Shown here: one piece after another, positions 25,596-35,647 of the stretch
Numbering within the stretch: position 1 is the first letter of the stretch
How the letters are laid out: the number at the start of each line of letters is the position of its first letter
Assembly: GCA_001179505.1 (NCBI GenBank)
Contig: CDMY01000850.1
Span: forward strand, 182,719-246,718
Direction of reading: 5' to 3'
DNA length: 64,000 bases
Origin: Vitrella brassicaformis CCMP3155
Lineage: Eukaryota > Protista > Chromerida
Notes under the pieces: generated by a model
What the model saw: only the letters and a program-made list of their open reading frames with translations
Database searches by the model: none
Told to the model about the DNA's origin: nothing
Position numbers and translations under genes: made by a program

Positions 25596-26525
25596 ATGTC
25601 CCGGCGCTTCTTCCTGAGGAGCGGCTACGTGGCGCTGTCGGCCTTACCCGTGGGTGTGCTGATCAACGACAGAGTATGCTCCATCGCACGGGTCAGCGGT
25701 GAATCTTGCGGCAAGCCATTCGAAGGCATATCACATGCTGTGCTGCAATGTGTGTGCTTCCTTCCTGCAGGTGGAAGGTGACAGCATGCAGCCGACTCTG
25801 AACCCCATCGGTCCCCCTCCCCCTCACGCCAGCACTCCCCCCGCCCCCCGCCCCCTCCCCTTCATCTCGCGAGGCCTCCACAGGGACGTCACTCACGCAG
25901 AGGCGGAGCCACAGCAAGACGGACCACTTCCAGACGCCTCACAGGCCGCCCCTGTGCGTGAGTACGTGTTTGTGGTCAAGAATGTCGACTTTCGCAAGGG
26001 TGATGTGGTCGTCATGCGGGACCCCGAGGTGGGCGGTGACCCCCGATGGTCGCTGCGGAGCCGGCGGGTGATGAAGCGGATAGTGGGGATGCAGAATGAT
26101 ACGGTGTGCGTGCGGAAGGACGAGAGGGAGGAGTTCCCGCCAATCGTCATCGTGCCCACGGGCAAATGCTGGTGGGTGAGATAGATGGATGGATGGATGG
26201 ATGGATGGACGGCATGTATGTGGCATCACATACATGTGAGTACCTTGTACACTGCGTGTGTGTGCTGCTGCAGGGTGCAGGGCGACAACCCGGCGCACTC
26301 AGTCGACAGCCGACATTATGGAGCGGTGCGTTTGACTAAGAGCAGGGAGGGAGGGATAGAAGCGAATTGTCAGCTGGTCTTATGCTGTCTGTCTGTGTGA
26401 AGGTGCCCCTGGGTCTGGTGGAGGCGCTGGTGTTGGCTGTAGTGTGGCCCCCATCCCGGTGGCGGCAAGTCGATCACGGCACGCCACCCTCATTGACCAC
26501 ACCCACACAGCCTATCGGGGCGTGA
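25596..26525 (+). CDS. IMP2: Mitochondrial inner membrane protease subunit 2-like (S26 peptidase), 4 exons
   Basis: EGDSMQPTLNP (catalytic Ser), VMKRIVG (catalytic Lys), GDNPAHSVDSRHYGAVPLGLV, VVWPPSR. Confidence 0.85.
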
Positions 26526-27051
26526 ACCGATTTGGTTTGTTTTCCCCCTTGTCAGTCATGTCGACACCTGTACAGTACAGTACGTTGTGTTTGCGAGAGA
26601 GCGGTCTGTGAGATGGATGAGCGGGACGTGCATGAGAGAGTGATGGATGCGCCACATTGTTCCCTCTACTGATTGGCTCGAGTCGTCTTGACACAGAGTG
26701 TCCTCCTTCACACACACACACACACACACATACAAAAAAAAAACAGTCGTCACCTTGCTCAAGTGACCCGTCCAGAGGGCCTTCAGAAAAGGAGGCCCTC
26801 TGCCAGCTTTGGTACAAGGCACACCACACATCCCGATTCACCATGCAGTGGACGGGGTGCTGCATCGGCCGACATTCACTGCAGCACCGAAACGGCTGAG
26901 GCCCCAGCGGTGTGCCGCTGCTGCCTATGACGTCTCGGGGCTGCACCAAATAGGCAAGAGGCATCCATCACCCAACAATCCCATCAGCCGATGCTCAACC
27001 GACTACAAGACATCCATGCAGTACGTACGCACAGGACATCCATCTGGGATG

Positions 27052-28001
27052 TCAAAGCACAGCGAATACCCTGACAGGGAAGGTGCCCATTCCAGCGATC
27101 TTTGGGGGCACGGCGAAGAAGCGGAAGGGGGCTGGTGGGAGGGCGTGGAGGTTAGTCATGTGCTCGATGATCAGGATGCCGTCCTTGAGCAAGCGGGAAT
27201 GAACAGGGCGGTGCCCGCCTGCCGTGTCGTCGATGTTGTAACTAACAAACAGACACACAGACAGAGGGAGGGACACATCAGAGTGAGCAATGGGGAATGA
27301 GTGCACCCACAGCTGTATCCGCTTTCCTGCACCCGCCCACCCCACTCACCTGTCGATGCCGACGAGGGCGACCTGCTGCTCCGCCAGCCACTGGGCAGCA
27401 TCCTCCGTCAGAAACGGATGCCGCCCCGACCAATACTCGTCTTTTCCCCAACAGAGACTCCAGCTCGTCCTCACGAGCACCGCCAGCCCTTTGACGTCCG
27501 TCTTGCCGTTCAGCTCCTTTTGGAAGAAGCCCTTCGTGATGGCATGTTGATTTGATTGGCCGTTCAGCCAGCTGTCAGCGTCGAGGCAAACTGCCGGTAG
27601 GTTGGCCAGTTTGGCGAGGGGGATGGCCGAGAGGTCGGGGGCGTCGGCAAATCGATGGAAGGGCGTGTCGAGATAAGTGCCGGTGTTGGAGCACTGCATG
27701 GCCGGCGCAAGGCGGAACACACGTCCAAGAAACAATGTGACATGAGATGGAGTGCTGTCGTTACGTACCAGCTGTATTGTGGTGATTGAGAACTCTGTGC
27801 CTTCCGCGTAGTGCTGCCTCGAGGCCTCCCTGCTCAGCACGTCCTGCATGAGCCACACACCGCGTACTGACACGCTGCAGAGGTTCCATCCATCCTCCAT
27901 TCTGTGTACCTCAATTGGTGTACCTGAATCTTGGGCGCAGGCAACCCTTTATACGTGACCATCCCATCCTCTATCGTGTGCGACAAATCCACGAGCGCCA
28001 T
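27052..28001 (-). CDS. Cyclase family / kynurenine formamidase-like hydrolase, 4 exons
   Basis: Spliced MALVDLSHTIEDGMVTYKGLPAP...SNTGTYLDTPFHRF...LVGIDSYNIDD...VHSRLLKDGILIIEHMTNL...PPKIAGMGTFPVRVFA. Confidence 0.88.
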
Positions 28002-28047
28002 CCCGCGCGAGGCCGCAGCAGCAGCACAGCGGTTTAGGCGCCGACGA

Positions 28048-28176
28048 TGCGAGCTTGGTATCGTTTACACGGAAGCATGGGCGACCAGCACGTCTGATCT
28101 AGAGTCGGTATGGATTTGCACACGCAAAGACACAAGCGATCGCAGAAACACATGCGCACCATACGGCATGCGAGCT
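28048..28176 (+). promoter_or_regulatory. Two TGCGAGCT motifs (28048, 28169) in cyclase-family/CIA30 spacer
   Basis: Both followed by TGG (TGCGAGCTTGG). Confidence 0.5.
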
Positions 28177-28253
28177 TGGAAGAGGAAAGGCTCTCGTTCC
28201 TCCCGGCTCCCGGCTCCGTTCAGCTGCAGGCAACGGCACCAAGGAGACCATCG

Positions 28254-29043
28254 ATGAGATCTGTCCTTGTGCCGTTCCTCTGGCCTGCCGTGTCACTGGC
28301 TGCACGCACCGCGTTCATCAGCGGTGTGGTGAGCATGGCCGTCCCGCCGGCAGCCAGCCTGCCGCTCAATGATCTGCAGTGGACGCTAACGAGGTACAGA
28401 TCAGCGGACGGAAGGAAGATGCCGTGTGATTGTCTCTCGTGCTGTGTGTGCACAGTGACGGCACAGCTCGGCAAGGCGGCAGGTCGATGGGCGAGGTCAC
28501 GAACACAGCCACCGGTGTGCGGATCTCAGGCAGCCTGGAGGCCCTCCCGTCCGACACACTTGGCCCTGTCGCCTTCGTCATTGGTCGTGCGACGCTGCCT
28601 GAGGGCTTCCTTGCCAACTGTGTGCAGCTGACTGTGACCGTGACGGACAAGACGGCTGGGCAGTTCCTGCTTTACCTGTACCCCGAGCAGCTGCGCGGGC
28701 AGAGCAACTACATTGCCAAGTTCATGACGCCCGGAGAGGCGAAGGACACGGTGGCTTCTGTGAGGTTGGATGCCTTTGAGGGTCAGAGGAGGGGCAAACC
28801 CGAGGCGCTGCCAGCTCTCGAGAGCGTCAAGGGCAGCATTGAGGGAATTGGTGAGTCGACACACACAGGGGTCTCAGCACCGTGTGTATCCATTGGTGTG
28901 TGTTTGTTGCTCTTGTGTGTGTTGGTGTTGTCTTGCCTGAAGGGATCGGCATTACCCGCAGTGTGCAGCCTGCCGACCTGAAAGCCATTGTGCCCCTGCA
29001 GTTTGCCATTGAGGTGTCGGATCTCTCATGTGGCGGCAACTGA
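28254..29043 (+). CDS. CIA30-domain protein with N-terminal signal peptide, 3 exons
   Basis: WTLTSDGTARQGGRSMG...ISGSL...YIAKFMT...VRLDAFEGQRRGKP...IGITRS...FAIEV follows the CIA30 pattern; hydrophobic leader ending AARTAFIS. Confidence 0.65.
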
Positions 29044-29595
29044 TGGATGGATGGACGTGTGTGTCTGTGTCTGTGTGTGTGTCTGTGTGTGTATACGGCT
29101 GGGCAGCTGAGACGATTTATAATGGGGTGGACAGACAGGTGGGTGTACAGCGTGATGTGCAGCTGGCTGTTCTGACTCGACTCGTGCGTGTGATGTCAAA
29201 GGAGAGACGCCTTGTGTCTGGTATGGCTGGCTGGCTGGCTGGCTTGTTCTCTCTATCTGCCTTGGCCTTGGTGGTTTGCTGCGCAGTGGGCACTCGCGCA
29301 CATGATGTTTGATTAGAACATCAGCTGCGTTGGTGCGCTCCGCACATCAGACCTCCCAGCGCCAAACGGAAGGAGAACACCTGCATGCGACGGCCGGCAT
29401 CAAAGAGGGAGATCGAGATGAGACGTGATTTGTTCCAAAGATATGACAGTTCGCTGACACACGTATGGGCCAAAAAACCGCTTTGCGTACTAACGTGACT
29501 TTCCCCCTGTCGTGTTTGCGGGTTAACATTGGCGGGTCTCTGTCTCTCTCTCTCTCTCTCCATGCGCACGACAGACGGCAACCCCCCCACACTCA

Positions 29596-32085
29596 TCAAT
29601 TGCGAGTCTCCGAGTGGGCTATGTAGGCGTGCATAGTTTGGCGACACCTGCACGCAACCACATGCACGGCACCCATGGCATGGCCCTGGTGGGCCAAGGT
29701 TCATTAACCTGCCTTTCGACACACCTCTGTGGTCCCAGCACGTGTGAGCAGCCTGCAACGAGACACACCCACGGAGACACAGACAGACATGGACTGCCAT
29801 GGCTTCATAAAAGTTGAGTCATCCTGACCATTGAATGAGACTATCAGGTCGCCGTCTTCATACCTCTCATGTCCTACACACACATCCACACACACACACA
29901 GAGTGGAGGGAGCATCACTTTCGCCCTTCCTCGTCCCGCTCGCTCACTCAGCCAGTAGGACCTCCCAGCAATCTCCGCCGGATATGCGTTGAACCACCGC
30001 TGCGGCAGCACCCTCACGTGGCCCTCATACCCATCAGACAACGGCGGCAACGCTGCCGGCAATTCTTGCCGCACCCCCGCCTCGCCGCTGCACCCATTGA
30101 GGAGGTATGTGTGGATGAGCCACTCGGCCAGCCCGGCCAAGACGGTGGGTATGAGGGATAGGTAGAGGATGGGGGACTGCTCGTGCCACTCCTGGTGCTG
30201 GAAGGAGTAGGGAGGGGGGGCCTGCATGAGGGCGATGCAGCGGTCGATGAAGGCACGGCCCCACTCACTCCCACGCACAAAAAACACCTGATGCGATTGA
30301 TGCAAGGAACGAAGAAAAACATAGAGGGGTGGCTGGGCTGGGCGGCAGTGCAGTGATGGCTCTTCCTTCCTTTGCCTGCGTACTTACGGCGCTGTTGAGC
30401 ATGTGGGCATCTTCAGAGATGAGGCAGTCGGCATCGGCACCCTCCTCGCCGCTGGCTCCATCAAGTATGGCCGAGAGCGGCAGTGTGTTGTTCATGAAGA
30501 ACGCGTCGCAGTCCATCCACATGACCCACTCATCGGGGTGGCCCGCCAGCGCCTCACGGACGGCATACAGCTTGTTGAGCCACGCGTGCTGGCCCCTGCA
30601 CACACATACACACATATGCATGTGAGACACAAGGCGTGTGTGGCTGTCTTAAGGCCGGGAAGAGGCGTCTCGTCTTAGCCAGTGACTGACTTGTGTATTG
30701 GGGTCTCATGGTGGACCAGCAGGTACCCCCACCTGCGCACGTACTTGTCCTTGTTGGCTCGCGAGAGATCGGCGAGCGTCGGCCCATCTGTACCTGTGGC
30801 ATTGGGGTAGACGCAGTAGCTCACGATGACCACCGATGGGCCCTCACCCCTTCCCTCGCCCTCGTGTCCCTCCGGTGTGCTGTTGCGTGGGGGCAGGGAG
30901 GGCTGCTGGGATGAAAGGGTTTGGCGCCTGACGATGGCCACCCTTCTCGCCATGGCCAGCACATCCAGAAAGGGCCAGCGCGAGGACCCATAGAATGGCG
31001 CATCTGCAGACAGATACGTACGTACGTACGGTGGAAGGGAAGGAACATCCAGGTGAGGTGCCCCTCCCCTCCGTGAGTCTGTCTGGTGTGTGTCTCGGTG
31101 CGGTGCAAGTGGTCTTCCGTCCGTACAGTCATGAAAAGGCACCAGCAGGAACAGCTTCGCAATGTGCAATAGCCGCAAGCTCCGATCCATACATCCCTAG
31201 CATGACACAAAAGACAGACAGACGAAGCAAGAATATGTATTCATATCGCCTTCCCTCTCTCTCTCCACTCCATCGCCCTCCCCCGTTGCCCTGCCCACCG
31301 CCACCCACCCACCCACCCACCCGTATGATGCAGAATGTGGCCAGGAGCTGCAGTGCGCTGGAGATGCCGAGAGGGCACTGCAGGGCGATGGCGGGCTCCG
31401 ACACACCGAAGGGCAGCATCAGCTTCTCCAACGCCTGGACCACCATCCACAGGCCATCCACAGCGCCGCACTGAACGCATCCACAGGGGAGGGCAACCAA
31501 CACAAACAAAACAGACAGACAGACAGAAAAGGCAGTAGGCAGTCCACTCGGCTGCACGAAGAAATGGACCAAGGACGGCCGCCTGTGCGTAGCGTACCTT
31601 GAGGAGAGGAGTGGGCCCTTCTGCCGGTGGAACGAGCACTGCGTCGAGGTCATGCATGGGGTGGTGCATCACCCCAATCACAGTCGTGTCATTGGCAGCT
31701 ACATCGAGCAGACCACGGAGCTCATCCCACCAAGGACCCGCACAATCTGCAGCCAGCACAGGACAACACAGCTATGTGGCGCCTGCAGCAGGGTCACGTG
31801 TGTTCTTGCCCTACCCAGCTCTGCGATGGACGCACGGACGAAAGGATGCTCCATGATAAGGCCGCCCTCATCCAAAGGCAGCACGGACGTCAGGAAGTTA
31901 GAAGGGATTGAAGGAGGGTTGGGAGTGGCCGCGCTGTGGCATTCCCGTCCATCTGGGTTGGCGGCATCGCACTCCTGCGGGAGATCTGCATAGATCTCTC
32001 CACTGGTCAGGTTGGCGGTGGCCAGGAGGCCGGCGCACGCGCAAACCATCCACCGAAACAGAGTCGTTTCTCGCAACGTGCTCAT
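29596..32085 (-). CDS. Glycosyltransferase family 34-like (galactosyl/xylosyltransferase), secretory, multi-exon
   Basis: NKDKYVRRWGY, HAWLNKLYAVREAL, WVMWMDCDAFFMN (DxD), LISEDAHMLNSAVFFVRGSEWGRAFID, HEQSPI, RWFNAYP, YEDGDLIVSFNGC; signal-like N-terminus; last exon inferred. Confidence 0.82.
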
Positions 32086-32154
32086 TCCTGCCAGGGGTCT
32101 CAAACCCTGCTCCTGTCGGAAACCCTGCCAGTGTGTCGAAATCCCTTGGCAAGG

Positions 32155-34108
32155 ATGGCAGCTGCTGAACAGCCGTCATCTGCCGCCGACGGCCTCAACG
32201 GTCCCTCGCGGCTCCCCGCGGCGTGGGTGGCACGCCTCACCAGCATCGGCATCACCCAGGAAGAGTACCTCAGCAGGGACCAGAAGCAGCGCATGGACAT
32301 CTGTTGCCTTCTCGCGGACATCCCTGGCGCCAAGAGCAAGACCAGCGAGGAGAACAAGGAGATCACCTCAGACGACGCCACTCCCGCCGCCAACAGTGCC
32401 AAGCCGCCGGCAGAGCTCAAGAACGTCGGCCTGCAGGCCTCCCCCGAGGTGGGCGAGGCCGCCATCCAGACTGACATATCGCACCCTTCGCCCGCACCCA
32501 CCCCCAGGCTCCCCACCCTCGCAGCACCATCGCGCGCCGACGACCGCGAGTCAGCTTCAGCAGCAGCCGCTGCTGCTGCTCCGATGGACACCGATATGGG
32601 GGACAGGCGCAAGGAGAGGGAGAGGGAGGTGGTGCGGAAGAAGGACAAGGACAGCTCAGTGATGGACGAGGACAAGTCAGCTGCAGCGTCAGACAGGAAG
32701 CGGCCGTCGAGTGCCGTGGGCGAGAGTGACAGCGGCAAGGGGAGTGAGGACAAGAGGAGCAAGAAGCGGAAGAAGGGCAGGGACAGGAGCCAGGGGGCGG
32801 CAGCGGCAGGTGCCGCCGAGGGGTCGCCTGCGCTCTCCAGCAGAGACGAGCCGGAGGTGGCCACACCGAGGGCAAACAACAAGCTGCTCAGGGTGAGTTA
32901 GTGACAAACAACACATACACACTCTCTGGATGGATGGATGGATGGATGAACGGACGGGTGGCATGCGACACTGTCTGCTCGTGTATGTGTGTGTGTGTGT
33001 GTGTGTGCGTGTTTAGGTGTGGAAGAGGAAGCCCGAGGAGGTCATGAAGGGCGTGGGTGACGATGATCTGAGGAACATCGCCGAGTTGATGATCCAGGAG
33101 AAGACCGCTGAGGACTCGGCGGAGTTCCAAAACTGGAACATCAGCTGGAGCTGGGCCGACAAAGACAAGAAGAAAGTCGGGTGAGTGACGTCGCCAAAGG
33201 ACAAACAGACAGACAGACAGACAGGAGGCAGGGAGGGGAGGGGAGGGAGAAGCCATCCACCGATCGTTTCTCCCTGCCTCCCTCCCTGCCTGTGTTGCCT
33301 GCCGTCAGTCTGTTTAAGGCGGGGCCGGGCCCGCCTTATGAGGACTTCTACACCGAGCCGAAGAAGTCCCTCACATACAACAAACTCCAGGAGGTGAGCG
33401 ACAAGAATGAATGCCCCCTAAGCCTCGCGCACCCACCCAACCCCACCCATCCGTCCCCATCTTCTTGTCTGCCTGCAGGTGCTCACCAAGGCGCTCAAGG
33501 CCCGCAACGCCAAGCGCAGGATGGCGCAGAAGGGGGACGCTCCCGCGCTGCCCTCGCCAGTGGAGCCGCTCAGCCCCGCTCGCCTCGACGCGTTGGCCCG
33601 AGCGCTGCTGCTGCACGTCAAGCGCAAGACGACTCGACGCGCGCTGGGTCTGCCGTGGGCGGCGTCGCTGTGCATCACTTGGCTGACGCAGCAGCACCAC
33701 TACAAGGTGCAAATCTCCTACTCGATGCTGCGGACGGCCCAGCGGACGCTCACCTTCAGCGACGGGCAGGAGAAGGAGTGGTGCGACAAGAAGGTCGAGA
33801 CCTTCGCACCTAAAGCCAACAACTATGAGGCGCTGTGGGAGGTGAGATGGATGGATGGCACCGCACCCAGAGATGGACACACGACACACACACGTCATGC
33901 GTTGGTTGTGTTGTCTTTCTTGTGTCTGTGTGTGCTGGGTGGGGTGGTGGGTTGTCAGGCGTGTCGCCTGGCGATAGGGAAGCGCAACGATTTCTCTCGT
34001 GATTTGGGGTTGAAGGCCTACATCAACCCCGCCATCATCGACGACGTCAAGGACGGCAACTGCTCCATCGCACCATTCCCAGCTGACACACACACGGGGC
34101 ATGAGTGA
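32155..34108 (+). CDS. Hypothetical protein with Lys/Arg-rich region and a C-terminal AP2-like domain candidate
   Basis: Five GT-AG exons splice in frame; C-terminal SLCITWLTQQHHYKVQISY...KKVETFAPKANNYEALWEACRLAIGKRNDF resembles ApiAP2 strand/helix pattern. Confidence 0.6.
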
Positions 34109-34867
34109 GTGAGTGGGTGGGTGGGGTCTACGGGGGTGTGCACGTGACGTGATTGGTTAACCAAGTGGAGGGAGGGAAGGGGGCTGGGCTGCCAGGACGC
34201 TGGCAGCTCCTCCGGGCTTCGCGCGTGACTTTTTTTCCTTATCGGTTGGATAGGATGACTGGCTAAGGGCAAGTGGACGGGTGGACGGGTGGGTGAATTC
34301 ATGAGCGGCCTGTTGAGAGGGCTCCTGCATGCCATGTGTCTGGATGTATGGTCGGTTGCCGCGTGTGTGGGTTTCATCTTACTTAATTTGCGGCGTCCTC
34401 GTTACTTTTACACGGTGGGTGAGGGCTGGCGTGTCTGTCTGTCGAGTGGGCAGCCTCCTCGTAATTAGTTTCCATCCCGCCTTTCCTGCCTTCGGCCAGT
34501 CGACGAATGTTCCATAATTCCACCACACACCAAGGGCCCAATGTCGCTGCTGCCTCCATGCCTGCCTACCTGTCTGTCTGTCTGTCTGTCTGTGTGGATG
34601 TGTGGATGTGTGGATGGGCGTTCTGTAACCTCCCTACCTACTTTCCACCTTAACACTTTTTTGGTCGGCTGATTCCTTCGCGCGGGGTGTGCGTGTCCCG
34701 TCCATCCATCCATCCATCAGAGGCTGCTCCACGCTGCTGCGAGTGAGTGGGTGGGATTCATTCATATGTAGTGCGCCTACGCGTGTGGGACATAACCAGA
34801 GAATGGGCTGAGTGCAATGCATGGCAGGTGGTCTCCTCTCGCACGGTGACGGACGGGATGGTGCGTC

Positions 34868-35021
34868 GAGTGCCAAGTCTTTCAGTAGCTGCGTTGGGTT
34901 CGAACTCGGGACAATTCGGATCACGACACGAACTCCTCCGCCACTCAGATAACCGGTCTGAACCGTAAGGTACGCCCTTCACCGCACTGATCCTGCTCAA
35001 ACGTCAGACCTCCTCACATTT
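34868..35021 (+). ncRNA. H/ACA-like RNA candidate, copy 1
   Basis: Hairpin, hinge AGATAA (ANANNA, 34947-34952), second hairpin closed by GGTCTGA/TCAGACC, ACA (35016-35018) followed by TTT. Confidence 0.5.
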
Positions 35022-35137
35022 GCACCTTCTGGCTCTCACCCAGTTGGCACATGCAAGTGGCTGACCTACCCTCGAAACCCCTTCCGTACCATCCTCAAAC
35101 ACTCAACTCGGCCCCGACCCTGTGGCGGTATTGACTC

Positions 35138-35288
35138 GAGTGGCGCTTTCAGTAGCTGCGTTGGGTTCGAACTCGGGACAATTCGGATCACGAGACGAAC
35201 TCCTCCGCCACTCAGATAACCGGTCTGAGCCGTAAGATGCGCCCTTTACCGCACTGACCCTGCTCAAACGTCAGGCCTCCTCACATTT
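35138..35288 (+). ncRNA. H/ACA-like RNA candidate, copy 2 (tandem, 267-bp period)
   Basis: 143-nt core differs from copy 1 at 7 positions; 8-bp basal stem GAGTGGCG/CGCCACTC; AGATAA 35214-35219; ACA 35283-35285 then a T run. Confidence 0.5.
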
Positions 35289-35647
35289 TTGGCGCATCAG
35301 CCCGTCCGACGCACTGCGGGTTGAGATGCCTGCCTGCCACACGGCACAGACAGCGATGGATGGATAGATGGCTTCACTAAAAGAAGTTTCTTCGGAGAGA
35401 TGGCTGGCTGTCGGTTAGCGTTAACAATATTGTGTCCTGTCATCAGCTCTAAATTGTCGCTGGAAATGCGTCCACACCCGACTGCATGAGTCGCCACCAA
35501 ATCTAGGTATCGATCGTGCGCCGCGCCCAAGCAGCATCACATCAAACACAACAGACACTCACTAAGGGCACCTCACCTACTGTACCCATCCGTCCCACGC
35601 CCCCCAGCTAGGCATATCTACACACCTACTGCAGACCCGTCGACCCA

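Noticed and set aside
27052-28001. Functional link between the cyclase-family gene and the nearby adenylyl cyclase
   Set aside because: Name coincidence; the family is a metal-dependent hydrolase unrelated to nucleotide cyclases
34896-34910. tRNA T-loop/B-box-like GGTTCGAAC in both repeat copies
   Set aside because: No T-stem, acceptor stem or cloverleaf can be formed on either strand
34879-35288. Short resemblances to U1 (GATCACGA), U5 loop, 5S and RNase P segments, or a CRISPR-like repeat
   Set aside because: Matches are at most about 8-10 nt and lack each RNA's defining motifs (e.g. U1 ACTTACCTG); only two 143-nt units and no cas genes
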